Under the pieces are notes generated by a model that worked only from the letters and a program-made list of their open reading frames with translations, was not told the DNA's origin and ran no database searches. Shown here one piece after another: positions 1-13,846 of a stretch of 64,000 nt of DNA (positions are counted from its first letter, which is position 1; every line of letters starts with the position of its first letter). The position numbers were made by a program, and so were the translations under genes. Source of the DNA: Yuukianura sp. NJ FZ-2021 (taxonomy: Eukaryota); the NCBI GenBank assembly GCA_046563655.1, contig CM102289.1:3162001-3226000 (forward strand). Reading direction: 5' to 3'.

Positions 1-3000
1 TTTCCGTTCACGATCGTTCGAGTACCAATCTACCCTGACTGAAATTGCAAAAATGCAGAGCCCATTCATTCATTAGGGATTCGAGTCCCGTCAGTTGCCG
101 CCAACTTTTGTACAAAACTTTCTCCCCTCCGTCACTTTGTCACTTTTCTCTCGTCAACCCTCAGCCCCGCCCTTCACTTAAGGGATGACAAAAGGACAGG
201 GAAAGGCCCTTAGCCACCACAGAAACCACTCCAGACACTTTGCATGTTCAAGAACACAAAAGCATCCAAATGGGAATGGATGTGACCCAGTGGATTTGGC
301 CTCAGAGAGTGATAAGTCATTTGGCCCTAACTTAACAATTGGCAATGGATGAGGATATGGCTTCATCTTGTTCTGATCGCCTCATTTATAAGTTGCATAT
401 TTTCTACATAGAACACATACACAATTTAATGTTATTATCCAGAGTTTCTTTTTAAGACTCCCGGCACTAACTTCTGCTTTCCCTTCTCTCCCTGGCACCC
501 AAGGGATCTCATTTGGAAGAAAACTTTTTCTGGAAAGAGAGAGAGTGAATCACTATTATTATTATGGGATATTGATACAGTCAGAAAAGAAAAAACTATT
601 TTTGAAACTTTGGTTATAAGGATAAAAGGTTCCTACTTCGTCTTTAGAAAAAAAAAATATCCGTAGGGGAATCAGTCCAATTGACCGTAAAAATGTTTGG
701 TTGTCAGTTCGCTTCCGACTCAACTCCTTTCTCTCTCTGATTCCCAACAGACTTGGAAGTTGACTTGACTAAATGAAATTTTTACAGATTTTAATTCTTG
801 CGTAGTGCACAGATTCCTTCTTCTTCTTCTTCTTTACGTCAAGTTTCCTTCATTTTTTATCTTGAAAGTTAGGTTATGTTAGGGTTGGCGGGAAGAGAGG
901 TAATAGGATGGGTTTGGAAATTGGAATTGAGGGAATGGCAGAATTGAGTGTTCTTTTCGGAATGTGGATGGAAAAGGTGGGAGAAATAATATTGGAATGC
1001 CTCTGAGGAGATGGATGGACTCTAACGTTAGGTTAGGCGGACCTTTGTCTCTCTCCCTTGGTCACTTTCTCTTGGTGGCAGATGATGCAGAGGGGAATGG
1101 AGATGTGACATACCTTGGCTTTTCCTAACTGCATCTCCCTGGGTCTATTGACTGCCCAGAGTCCTTTGCCAGGACAAAGGAACCTGGATTTTTATTGTTA
1201 TTATGTGGTCGAAGGTCTCCTCTTGCTTCAAGACTACTGTCAGACTTGATTAGAAGTCCAAACAGTAGGGTGGCAAGTCCACCGACTTTTACTTTCTACC
1301 GGGTGAAAGCCTAACCACTATCTAACGCCATAAAACCGCGTGTATTGAAAAGGACTCAGCGGGCATTCGCGCAAAAATTTGTTTGTTAGTTTTTTTGCTT
1401 TTGAAAAGAAAGTTTTTGAGGCAACCAGCATTTTATTGTGCGTTATTTTTTCTTATTGTTTTACTAAAATTAATTTTTTAAAGCAATAAATTTTTTTCAA
1501 AGACTTTCTTTTTGGGGCAACTGTGAAGAATGAATTTTGCGTTAGTAATCGATAAATTTCAAACGTTAAAGACAGATATTGAATTCGAAAAAAGAAAATG
1601 GAGAGATCAAGTCAACCTGAAAGATTTCTGGAAATGGAAATTGAGAGAGAAAAATTACCTATAACTGCCTGTGCCATACGCTTTTTTTCTGCGAATAGAA
1701 AGTGTCGGCGGATGGCGTAAGCGTAACTATACGTGCATAAAATTTTCACAGTTCAATTTTTTCAATGAATTGTTAAGGTTATGGTAGCTACGTTAATGAC
1801 AAAATACTCAAAAATGTCTCTGCGCTTTTAGTTAATTTTTATGGACTCACAAAATAAAAGCCGAATTATTGAAAGTTGAAATTGGGATGTAAAATTCTGA
1901 TGACTTGATAGTGTTTTTTTTTCTTTTGCTTTGTAAATCTGTGGATGAAAATACCCTCAATTCCCAAATCTCAAAAGTCTCATTGCAGTCGAAATTTTCT
2001 GTTTACTTTTGGGTTTGTTCGTTTTCGATTTGGTTGAATTCATAGTAATGGGAACCCATTTTTGCATGTAACTTTGTGTAGAGTTTAGAAGAAAGTGAAA
2101 TCTGATTGATCGGTACAGGGTTAGTGACTATCGATTACGCTAGGAACAAAAGGGAGAGCAGCGGAAATAAATAGGGAGCGGAAAACTCTGTCTTTTGCAT
2201 GTCTTTCTTTTGATTCGTTTCCCTTCATTCTTTTGGCTGTTTGAAGAAGCTGCTGAGGCTTTCACTTTAGTTCGTCCAGGATTTTACTAACTACGTCTCT
2301 ATAGTAACCGAACACTCGTGAACGGACTTTTGTGCACCATTCGTACCTTTTCCACAACAAGAAACTGTTATTTATGTACGTGGTGCTTAGCGTGTGGTTT
2401 GGTTCAAGTAATGTTGAGAAGGCGGTGAAGAATGTTCTGGCTCGGTTAAATTAGGTATGTAAACTTCCGTCCAAAAAAAGTCCAGGAATAAGTCTCCCCA
2501 TGACTGGCTCCTTGTTTGTCCGCTGCTTTGCTAACGAAATTCAGCAGTATCCTCCCGTCAAACCTTGGAACTTAACCTGCGTGCCAGAGAAACGTGTTGG
2601 GAACTTTGCCTTGGTCACACATATTATTAGATGTATCGACGGTAATAGCAGGGTGAGCTCTCCTTACTCAAAGTCACCCGGACAACTCGCATTTCTCTCC
2701 AGTCCAAAAGTTTATACCGCCCGCCTTTACGAAAATTGTAGAAAGTTGGAACTTTAGGATCAATCGCATGCTATGGGCTGCGCTAATGTTCGGCTGACGT
2801 GAGGAGAGGCAGAGGCTGAAGTGGAGGGGCATATTGTATGTACAGAACGAAATCAGTGTTGTAAAGTGCATGGCCAATTTGGAAGGAAAAGCAAACGGGG
2901 TTTTTGAGAAATGAAAAGTAGCAAGTATTTGATTGTACCTGTCATAAAGTTATTGGGTTTCATGACTCCTCACGTGTTTCAACTGTTTATTGCTAGTAGA

Positions 3001-3359
3001 CGTTAAATTGGAAGTAAATTATACCAGAGCACATGTCGTAAAACAACTGAAATGAATATTCTATTATTAGCTTTCACTTTTTCCCTTTTCCAACTTATGG
3101 AGATTTTACGGCGAATGGCTCTTAAACTGCTGAAAATCTGAAAGTTCCGAGGGGCGAAGGTTTATTTCTTTCTGCTGCTTGAAACTACTTTAAGCTCCTC
3201 CGTAAGCATATTTTCTCTGGAAATTAATAAAACGCTGCAAATTGAAATGGGGTGTAACCAAGTAGCGGAAGTATACTGCAAAAATATAACTACTACAACA
3301 TAAACCTCCAAGTCATTTGCCAAAGCCGTTTCATGTTTAATATTTTCGAAAAAAAATTT

Positions 3360-3836
3360 CACCTTTGACCTTAACTCGTTAACTCGAACGAACTAAAAAA
3401 ATCTGTTTTTGAAGTCTCTGAGTAACAATACCAAAATTTTAATTTCAAGATAGGTATATACAATGCACAATTCCGAAAGGAAATTGTGCAGCGCATACAA
3501 ACCATTTGTATATTTTCACACAAGTTGCACAAGTTGCACATTTGTGAAAAAAAACACCGCGTTTAAAACGTTTTATATCGTTATTAAGTGGGCCGGAGAA
3601 AATACAAACAAACAAATGGCACTGGGCCGGTTCTTCTACAGAAACCCGAAACCATCCTTTTTTCAAATTTTTCAATAATTGAAAAATGTGATATTTCTTT
3701 TACATTTATTGTAAAATTTGTATAAAAATGGCGTAGTATGTAACGTGAAGACAGACTGACAAACAGGTCGTCGGACATACAGACAGACAGACAGGCAAAA
3801 CACCACAACACATTCACTCAACACGTTCGCTAATAA
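3360..3836 (-). mobile_element. Possible Helentron/DINE-1-like non-autonomous element remnant
   Basis: The minus strand begins TTATTAGCGAACG, followed shortly by a (GTCT)n microsatellite (plus strand GACAGACAGACAG near 3782-3794). This layout is typical of DINE-1/HINE 5' ends. The other end and any hairpin were not identified, so the left boundary is a guess. Confidence 0.3.
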
Positions 3837-6800
3837 ACAAAAACTTGAAATAAATTGGGGTATTAGTAACTTTTGATAAAAAAAATATGAAGTGAGTGTT
3901 TTTTGCATAAGGCTTAACCGTTTCGGTATGTTCAGCAGCAAATAATTATTGGCTTGTTTAACACAATTCGGTAAGGAATGAAGAAAACTCGTTTTTTGGC
4001 GTATTGTGCATAGTTTTAGTAGGTAGGTTAGATTGGGAAAGTAGTGTTCTTTATGTAGTCCATTAGCAAGAGCATGATAGCTCATAAGTGACACATTAGA
4101 GAATCACTTTCCCGCCCTTAACTTTCTGTCTAGCCTCCTCCATTCAAGCGTGCTAATTCCATAATCCATTCGCCCAACCCTCTCAGGAACAATTCTAAAG
4201 TGGTTTTGAGCATACCCTGCACAAGAGTATTGTGAGTTTAACTTAAAACTAGTTCTATCGTGTTTTGCTCTAAAACCACAAACTCTTCCAAAAAAAAATC
4301 CATGTCAAATTTCAACGAAACCGTCAACATGATTTTTTTTTCCAAAAAATGAGATGGGTATAAAAATTTTAATCCAAAAGCAGAACAATCTTGTTGGAGT
4401 ATTCATAAACACGATGAGACTTTCTCTTGTCACTTTACAGCTTTCGATGACAAGATACATTTTTTGACTTGGCAAAAGCAGAAGACTAAAAACTAAAAAA
4501 AAAGTTCTTAAAAAATGAAACGCGCTTCTATTTTTTGTAGACTTTTTTGCTATGGTTTCCTAATCATTTTCTCTTTGTTGCCAGTTCTACTACCAAGCAG
4601 TACCTTGTTCGTCCACCGGATTTGTGTAAGATGAGGTCACCAAATAGAAACCTAATAAAGCCTCTCCTTCATAAGGATGAGTTCAAAGTTAGGCTAACCT
4701 AACGTAACCTTCACAGGCTCACAGCCTTGTAGAAAAAAGCTTATTTGGAAGTATGGGAATTCTCACTTTGGCTTCGCAAACTTTCTCCACTTTCTCTCTC
4801 TCCATTGACTGCGTGATAGGCACCTATAAAGTCTTGGTTTTTATTAAGCAATCTCTTCTCAACCTAGCCTAACCTTAAGACACCAAACGAACATAACCAA
4901 GAGTCACACCACAAGATGCTCAGATCAGACACAAGCCTGACCCTATTTGTATTGTTAGTGCTTAGGTGTGTAAGAGATGAAGTAAACTTGGAGAAAATGC
5001 GATAGTGTTAGGTTAGGCACCAAACAAAACGACTACGTCAACCCTAGGAAATCCAATTTCAAAACTACACCATTAAATTGGGTTAAAAAGCGAGAGAGCA
5101 CAAGTTTTAAACCGAAAAAGCCGAGAAATGCATGACTGCCAATGTTTGTCTTGCAAATTGCGATTGCGTCTTAAGAGGATTGGAAGGAAGAGTGAGTCGA
5201 ATGCTAGATCAGGACTGTGGAGATAAAGATTTGAGTCATTTGTGATGAGTGTAGTAATTTTTAAGAGGCTGTTAGACATGTCTAATGAACGAAGGGTGGC
5301 TGAATCCCTAAGTAGACAACTTTTCGTGCGGTTAAGCTGGTGGAATCAAGTGAAGATGCGACTAGGTTAAGCCAAGGAGAGACTTTGTGGAACAGAAAAC
5401 CTCAAAATAATACGAATGCGGATGTGTCTTGGGTTTTAAGCGAGTCTCTCACTGTATGCAAATGCCATTTAAGAGCGACGGCTACAAAGTCATGCTTTCC
5501 AAGTAAATTTCAATGGGAAAGTGTAGGTTAAGTCCTAGAAAGTCACACGCACAGACTTAATACGAAGACCATCCCTTTAGGCAGCCCTTCACTAGGGTAA
5601 TGACTCACTAATTTACTCCTTTCTGCACTCTAATCGGACTTTCACCTGCTACATGCTTGCTTACAAGCCACATGAATCCTGGGTAACTGTTTACTCCGTT
5701 TGAAAAATTAAAAAAAAAGCCTCTTGCAGAAAATTTTGATCAGAAATTTCAACTTTGAGATAATTTTGCTAAACATTCAATACGAAATCATTATACTACC
5801 GCATTAACTTTACTTTTAATAAATTGGTCTAGATTTCTAAATTGGCTCGATTTCACAACAAATAATGAGGAAACCAAGTTTCTCTTCCATTAATTGCGTT
5901 GAAATAATGAGATAGATATATCAAGCATACATACTAAAATATCCTGTAATAATAAAATGTATCATGTTTTGTATATTTATTAAATACTCTATTGCAAATC
6001 GATGTAACGGTGAACAGTGTCACGTTTCCTTTTGCTCATGTTGTTCAAACTATGGTATTAAAACGTTAAACGTTGAGTTTTTGTAAAATGCACAAGTTCT
6101 TCCACCATAAGCTAGCATCCGAAGTATAACTTGAGCTTTCTGAACATGCAAAACAGTAAACAAAATCTTCGACAAAGGTTTGGACTTTAAAGTTTTGCTC
6201 TTTCTAAAAAAAAAATTTGTAACAGAAAAAAATCAACCACATTCTAGGAGCATAACTATAAGAATGTGAATTTTGTTTTTACTGAAAAAAAAACTCGGCG
6301 AGAAATTTGTTAATCCATGCAGCAACGGCATTTACTCACGAAAATAAGTATTACGTTAGAATGGATTTTTTGAAGAAAAAAAACATCAATTATTGGATTA
6401 CAGCACACGGGAATCGATATGAAATTATGCGTTGCATAGGTTTGGAGCTGTCTAACATGGGATGTAGAGCACCTTCTGTTTTTTCTTCTTCTAAAATGTC
6501 AGAGAAAATTGTACGACGCTTGACTTTGAACTTTACGTCGTCTTTTCAATTTTTTTTACCAGAGATAGCGGATTCAATAACCTTTTTTCGTTTCATATTT
6601 TGATTAGTTAGCGGATGGAGGGGAGGGGGAGAAGGCAGGGGTGGGAAAAGCAGGGTTGCAGAGGAAAATCAATTAATCTTACCTTTCCCGCTTTTTTTAA
6701 AGAAAAGAAAGTGTAATGGGACATCAGCGCTAGTAAGAAGTGCGTTTTCTGAAGAAAGTAGACTTTATAGGCTCCCCGTGAAATTAAAGTCATGGATCTC

Positions 6801-9800
6801 AGGGGCAGATGCTCCAAGAATAAACAAAGTAACCTGAGATTTTAGGATACCTGACAGAATGTACAAGGAGCTTTATAGACAAATTTAAACCTTAAAGCAA
6901 ATTTAAATCTCAACTTCAAACCACTTCAACTTTCTTCGTAAAACAGTAGTAAGCTGAGATTTCGAAAATTAGCGGTACTCGTTTCAAAAATTTTCAAGGT
7001 TTTCTTGATTACACATTAAAAGGTTAGCAAAATTGGTGCCCTTTCGCAAGAGAAATTTTACACGTTGACATATTTTTGAAGAAAAAAAATGCATGGCGGT
7101 CTATAATCGGTTTTGAATGTACTTTTGGTTTTTTTTTTTGAAAAAATTTTTGAAAAAAAAAAAAACGAAAATATTTTTACAATATGAAACGTGCTTTGAC
7201 TTAGAAAAATAGCATCATGTTGGTGGTCATCTCATCTTAAATTAAATTACTGCGAGTGACAGACTAAATTAAGTGCTCAAACAACATCATAAAGCTTGTT
7301 TGCAATACAACTTGTGACACCCACAAAACGCATTTCATAAGCTTGTTCAATTTTTTTTTTCAACTAAAGTCTGCGTTAAAAACAGTTTCACTTTTTAAAC
7401 CAACCAAATTCATTGACAGGAGTGTTTAGATTTATTAGACCCGAAGGGATTGATGCAGCAAATAACGAAATCATTAACCGGAGCTTTTGGTCTGAAAGGT
7501 AAACGAATGTTCTTGCAACACTTTAAAACTTATTCGGTCGAGTGCATAGGTTATAGAACAGACACACACAAAGCGAAAGCAATAGGTGGAAGGTTGCTTC
7601 TAACACAAATCGGAGTCTTAAATCTAACAACTACATTTTCATCGCTCCGGTGCATTTCGCTTGACAAAGACTTTAGACCAATTCCCTTGTAGCCTATTAG
7701 TGAAAGAGGTGTGAAATAACAACCATTTCCTGGTTACACAAACCAGTTTCAAAGATCTAAAATTCAGTTATATTATGCCTACATCTAGCCTAACATTCTA
7801 ATCCAAACTCTCTGATCCAAACTAAATCCTAATTGTGTTGAAATTGAGCCTAAACTAATACAGATTCTGTGGATTCGTAAGCAATCATATGCTTTTGTAC
7901 ACTTCCATGCAGAGGGTAATGGTTCTGATCAAATTTTGATTGAAGGTCTACTTAAGGATGTGTCAGTTTCATCAAAGTCGGATCTTTTCAAAAACCCGGG
8001 TAGAAACAGAAAGAGCTTGGAGGGGAATACGCGCAATGTTAGAAGGAAACCAGCGGAAAGATTCAAAGTAAATTCAAATTCAAAATATACAGGACTAGCG
8101 TCCCAACAGAGTAAAAAATTAAATTCTTATGTTCATTTCCTAGGTATATTTTGAGTAGAAAGAGGTTGGATCCGGGTAGAATGGCCAGAGGGTTGAAGGT
8201 AAGTTGTTAAGGGAAGAAGAAAGACCAACTGGAGAAAATCCCAGGAACTGATTTCTCACTCTGTTCATCTTCTTTCTTGTTGTTGTAGCCTTTGTTCGCT
8301 ACATTCTGGAGTCAACAGACAGATCTCTCAGAAACATACAGACATATACAGAAGACGGAACGGGAAAGAGACAGATGCTTTCCTTCAAGCCTTCTGTCCA
8401 GAAATACTATTTGTTAATAACTTCCGCTTCTGCTTCCAGTTCCCTCAGAAATTGAAAAATAATATTCTCTTTTTTCCGTTCCAAAATAACTCCAAGAAAC
8501 AAGAAATTTTTTTGCAGAAATTTGTTCAAATGCCTGGAGAAAGTAGTCTCATTTCCGTATATTTTAATTTACTTTTAGTTTTTTAGTGCAAACGTGGCTC
8601 GATGCTGACCAAAGTGCGCCATAAATTTTTGAATTAATTTGAAAATTTTTGTCAGACTACTGTAAGGTCAATTAGAGCGTCCTTTTGTTTCTCAGATAAG
8701 AACGCCTAATAATCTCAGTTCTAGAAAATAGTATACAAGAGAGGCGTGCTAGCATCTAAAGTGAACCTAGTAACTAAAAACGACCTGAATAGTTTTCTCC
8801 CCTTGCTAAGAAACTGTTGAGCTGAGCAGTTTTTAAGTTTATGTAGTTAATACGCGGTAGTTTCTGCAGAAATTTACCAACAAGTAGTTTTGGTGGGGAA
8901 GGAAGGAAGGATGAGTGTTCCTTATCTCACTTTGCACGAACAACGGTTCCAGGGGCACGAAACCCGCTAGCCCCTTTAATTTAAACGGCCCAGATGAACT
9001 AAAACTTTTAATGGTGAATAATTTAGCAAGAAAAATAGTTGTGTAATTACAGCCTTCCGTATATCCACCAATGCTGATTAAAACTTTGAACTTTTAGTGC
9101 ACAAGGGGAGTTTGACTACAAATAGTTTACATACTACTTTCGATTTTTCGCGCACAAAAAAAAAGCATTGTGCGGTATAACAAAATTTAAGTTATAAGTG
9201 AAGGTGATACTGCAAAATTAGTAAGTAAAAATTTTTTGTATTACTTACGAATTACTTCTGCGAAGGAATGAAGTGTCAAAAGTCCAAGAATTTGAAACAA
9301 CGTCAGAATTTGGCCAAGTTGCCAAGAGAAGACTTTCAAAAACGGCGTCATTTTGATTTTTGAATGTCAGAGTTTAAACTAGTTTTCTCCATTTTTGCTT
9401 CGTTGGTGTCTTTTCCATTTTCAGCAGGAGCGAAACCTGAATTTGAACACAATTTTTATAAAATTACAAGAAATTTACAGAACCCACATAAACAAAATTA
9501 AATTTGCTAGAACTTGCCTGTATGGCCTCTTTCTGAAGTTCTTAAAACAAAGAAAGAAAAAGAAGGGCGTCTAATTTAGTGTTAAATTTTAGTGAGCTGA
9601 TTGGCTATCCAAGGAGAAAGTTGGAAGTGAAAATTGTTATTGTTGTTAAATTTCAAGACAAACAACACACAAAGTGTAAAGTGTTAAGGCAGGAATCTGT
9701 GATTTGAATCGGTGAAGGAGAAATGAATTAATGAGTTATCCCTCTGCAGGGGTTTCTCTCCCTGTCTTAACAATTTTAAAAACTTTAACTCCGGTTTGTC

Positions 9801-12800
9801 TCGGACTTTTTGGGAGAAGTTTTCCTGAGCCACTAGAAGCAGAGTGTAGGAATGAATGAATAAAATGAGAACTTTAAAGGAACTTTCTCCTGGGTTGAGG
9901 CTTTTCTGGAGGGAGGGTGTAAAAACTTGGTTGTGCTTTCCCTGTATTTCCCTGGCTCACAAAACGTATTCCTGGCAATAGGAGAACAACACAGGGGGAA
10001 ACAGCCAAACGCCAACAAAATCTTTACGACAAAATCCTCGTCAGCCCCCAAAAACTGCCCTTTTGTACTCCCTTTCCTTTTGGCTTGTTTTCCTTTTTAC
10101 ATTCCCCAATAACAACTTTCACCAAATAGGCAGACTTAGGCGCTTGCTCCAATCACGATCTCAAACTGAAACTAAACACAAAATATATTCAAATTGTGGC
10201 GCGTCTCAAGGTAAACGTTTTCTAAATGTCCAGAAGAATTTGCAAATTTTAAACTTTTGAGTAATTCGTACCCTAGTTTTCAAACACATTAGAGCAGCTC
10301 AAAATTTTCTGCAAATTGTTAAATTCAAATTACAAACAACGTAAAGTAGAATTCTAACGGTAGTTTTTTTTTACTGATGCAGCAGTTCAACTTGGATTTG
10401 CAAAGCTCAGTGAAGAGGGTTGATTTTCGTATCGGCTGCTGGCTTTGCGAAGTTTGTTGATAATGATTCAAAATAACAAAATTTGACAGTGAAGAGCTGT
10501 TCTGAAACTAGTCTTCTGGAATCTTTTCAAAAGCATTCAACCGACCAATGTAGTTTTGTATTGAATTCAATTGAATCCGCTTATGCTGCAGTAGCTGGTT
10601 GCCATTACATTCGTTTTCAAAAGATTTACCTCATTTTTTAAAACTGAAAAAGCTAGAAATTGTACTAACAAAAACAGGATCTTTATGAACGATATTGACA
10701 ATTCGCTTTGGTTTATGCAAAAAAGTGACCACAATTCAACTTGGATGCATGTTCACATTTCACGTGTTATACATGACAAGAGAAATTGTCAAAATAAAAC
10801 TGAAAAAATATTTTGAAAATTTTTTTAACCCTTTGTTGAGAGATAAGGTTCAATTGTTAATTATTCAGTAAAAACAAGCAAATAGACCAAAAAAATTATT
10901 TGTTTCCGGAAATAACACAAGCCATTCGGCAATAAAGTGATCGGCACTTTCACCTTGACTTTCAATTTTTTTTCTTTACGTTTGGTTTCTGGAATATTGA
11001 GTTTACTTTTTTCTTCTTCCTAAATATGAGCTATTTTTTGGGTTCAGAAATGTGAGAAATTCTCATCTTTCTGCTTTCTTCATACAGTGCTCTTGACAAA
11101 AGGTTGTGTTAGATCATGATATCATTTCTGGAAAAATATTTGAGAATAGTCACTGCGTGGCTCTGCTATAACGGCCCATGTGATGGTAAACAAGAAGTGA
11201 AGAAGAACCTCTTGAATTGAAAACCACAAAACTAATGGAAAATGCGTCGAACCGACTCCGGCTGGAATTTCTCCCCTTCACTGCACAACTGATTCTGCTT
11301 CCAAAAAACGTCAAAAAATTGTAGCTCACTCTATACTTTTTTTCTAATTGTTGGTTTTAATCTACGACGCCTATAATTTTAATTCAATTAGTTCAAAATT
11401 AATTTAAATTTAAGTTCAACCTACAATTATTTTGATTTTAAATTCGAAAAAAAAGTGAAGTAAAATTCCGAAAAAACGTACAACAAATAAGCTTCCGCTT
11501 TTCACAGGGCGAGGAGTCTAGCGGTCAAACAAATGCAAAGAACTCAAAAACGACAAACTAAAAAAAAATCAAACCGAGCATCTATAGTTCTTTTAGAAAT
11601 TGGGCATTTGGGTCCAAACAGTTTTTAAGAAAACTGAAAAATTTGTGTGTTGCAGCATACACTTGACTTCTTTTTTTTTCAAAATAGGCCCTGTGCAACG
11701 TTGGTTGGCGTTTTAATTTTGGCGCGAGAATGGAATTGAAGTTTCTCATTTAGACTTCCGAAAAGTTACAAGACAAGCTATGAGTTCAAGTGAAAAATCC
11801 TACAAGCTGCCGACACCATTCGTTCATCCCTGAAACCCTGCATGAGGGAGCTGGGAAAAGGTAAAAATTTTTATAATAAACTTTCACCATATTGGGATTA
11901 TAAAATTTCCGTTTTCTCCTGCCCTGCCTCCTTAATACTAAAGTTATCGCCTGCTCGTGCCACAGAATTATAGCGAAGAATCACCATTTAATTAACTCTT
12001 TGCTCAAACTCCCTTTTCCTATCACAGTTTTAAAATTTTGAAATGAAAAGCTTTTCCTTTAAAGTAACAGTTTCCTCTTCCATGCTAACTTTATGTTAGG
12101 CTGCAGACCTTGACGAATTGCCAAATTTCTGCAATAATGTTTTTTTGAAATGGCTTTTTCTTAATTGCCATTTTCCATATTCCTTAATCACTTGGTTCTA
12201 AAGTAGTCTTTTAAGCCTTAGATTCTACCCTGTATGATTAGTTCAAAATCTCTGCTAGTTACTCTGCGGTGGTTGGTGGTGGGAAAGTCATCCATACGAA
12301 GTGCCTGTTTAAACTCCCTTCAGACTCCACTAGTTACCAAAACTAAGGATACTACGCACCCTTAAAAATTAGTTTTCGTTTTAACGACTTTTGTCCAGGC
12401 GCTAGACCGTCTTCCTAGGTCATCAAATGGGATTTTAGTGGGTAAGGAGAGGAATTGAATCATTCGCTACACTTCCACTTTCTCCCCAGAAGAGACAATG
12501 CGAAGTGGAAATGAGTATTTACTTTCATTGGACTTATGAAGATGCTCTTTTCGTTTGAGTTGTAAAGAATCCATTCACATTTAATAGGTAACCGACACTC
12601 ATTTCGTTTTTGCTGACAACGTTAATTTTCCAACACAAACATTAAACCGCGAAATTCAACGAACTTGGTTTCAAATCAGTTGTTAACTCTACCACTGCAT
12701 CAATCTAAATTAAAAAATTAAGTACTACAAAAATTGAAAAAAAGCTCACAAAATATGGTGCAAAATTTGCTGTCATCCGTTAAACTTTGTAATAATCGTG

Positions 12801-12902
12801 AGTTCAAAATGACAATTTTGATGTCAGTTTTAAAATTGAAGAAGTAGTTTCAGACTGAAGATTAACATTTAACATTCTTTGAAAATTCTACTTAACAATT
12901 CA

Positions 12903-13400
12903 TTAGCGTCTGATTAAAAATATGAAATTATAAAACATGGTATAAACTTTTTTTGAGATTCTTGTGACAATCCATGCACCCGCAACGAAGATCCCAATGA
13001 AAAGGCCAATGACATCTAGTGAATAGTATTCAAAGAAATTGAAATCTCTTGCAGCCGAACGTAGTAGTGGAGCTACGGCATATAAAGAATAAACCAAAAA
13101 AGTTGTAAAACTTCTGCTTGTTCTGTGCCTTTTTCTCAAACATGTTCGGAATACTTGCAACGACCTCGTCTTCATCTTCATCTTCATCAAAATTTCTGTT
13201 ATGTTGGTCACAACTCTCTTGGTAGGTATTGGTGACACGACGGTGACTTCGTGACCTCTAGCTGCCAAAGCTTCTAACAATGGCTCATATGTAATCTTGT
13301 GACTCCGAGCAGAAACGAACGAAAGAGACAAAATCTTTGCTCCGAAAACATTTTCAAAAAGTAGGGAGAAAACGGCGCAAAACAGAAATACTTTAAACAT
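12903..13400 (-). pseudogene. UGT pseudogene with a large internal deletion
   Basis: It starts with a signal peptide plus AKILSLSFVSARSHKITYEPLLEALAARGHEVTVVSP. After a (GATGAA)n slippage near 13170-13190 the UGT-like text (DEVVASIPNMFEKKAQNKQ) continues in a different frame. It then jumps to last-exon sequence (LRSAARDFNFFEYYSLDVIG + TM). The UDP-binding domain is absent. Confidence 0.85.
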
Positions 13401-13846
13401 TTTTAAAAATTTCGAACCTAACTTCACTGTATATTTAAGTAAACAAAAAGTGATGAAAATTTGTCAAGTTCAAAAATTCAATGTTAACTTTTGTAATAAA
13501 AAGTCAGATATCCGTATACAACTTATTTTTATCAAGTTTTTCTTTTTAAAATGATTTTTTGATACTTTTGAGTTTATTGGCTGCCAAAAATCACTTGAAC
13601 CAAAAACGAATTTATGAACTTTTTTTTAGTTTTGGAAGTGGACCAAATCACAATGCATTTAATCACAAGTTGAGTGACCAATTTTGGTTAACTCGTCTAC
13701 CTTTCATATCAGTTTAAACACTTTACACTTCTCTTGTTCTTTGCACGCTGTTTTTTTTTTTCAACAAAACCGAAAAAAAACAGTTAAATTTTTAATCATT
13801 TTTATCATTTCTCTAAACGTTTCGTCAAATTCGCCTCATTGACGAT

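Noticed and set aside
20..180. Possible minus-strand core promoter (TCAGT Inr-like at ~38-42, GC-box-like CCCCGCCC at ~165-172)
   Set aside because: Short motifs only, and the downstream gene would lie outside the window, so it cannot be supported.
860..7860. Scattered TTAGG/CCTAA-like motifs resembling the arthropod telomere repeat
   Set aside because: At most 2-3 degenerate units at a time; not an interstitial telomeric array.
1..12900. Short ORFs (60-140 aa) in the left flank
   Set aside because: No recognisable domains or consistent exon chains, and compositions look like translated AT-rich non-coding DNA. Probably the regulatory or intronic region of a gene outside the window.
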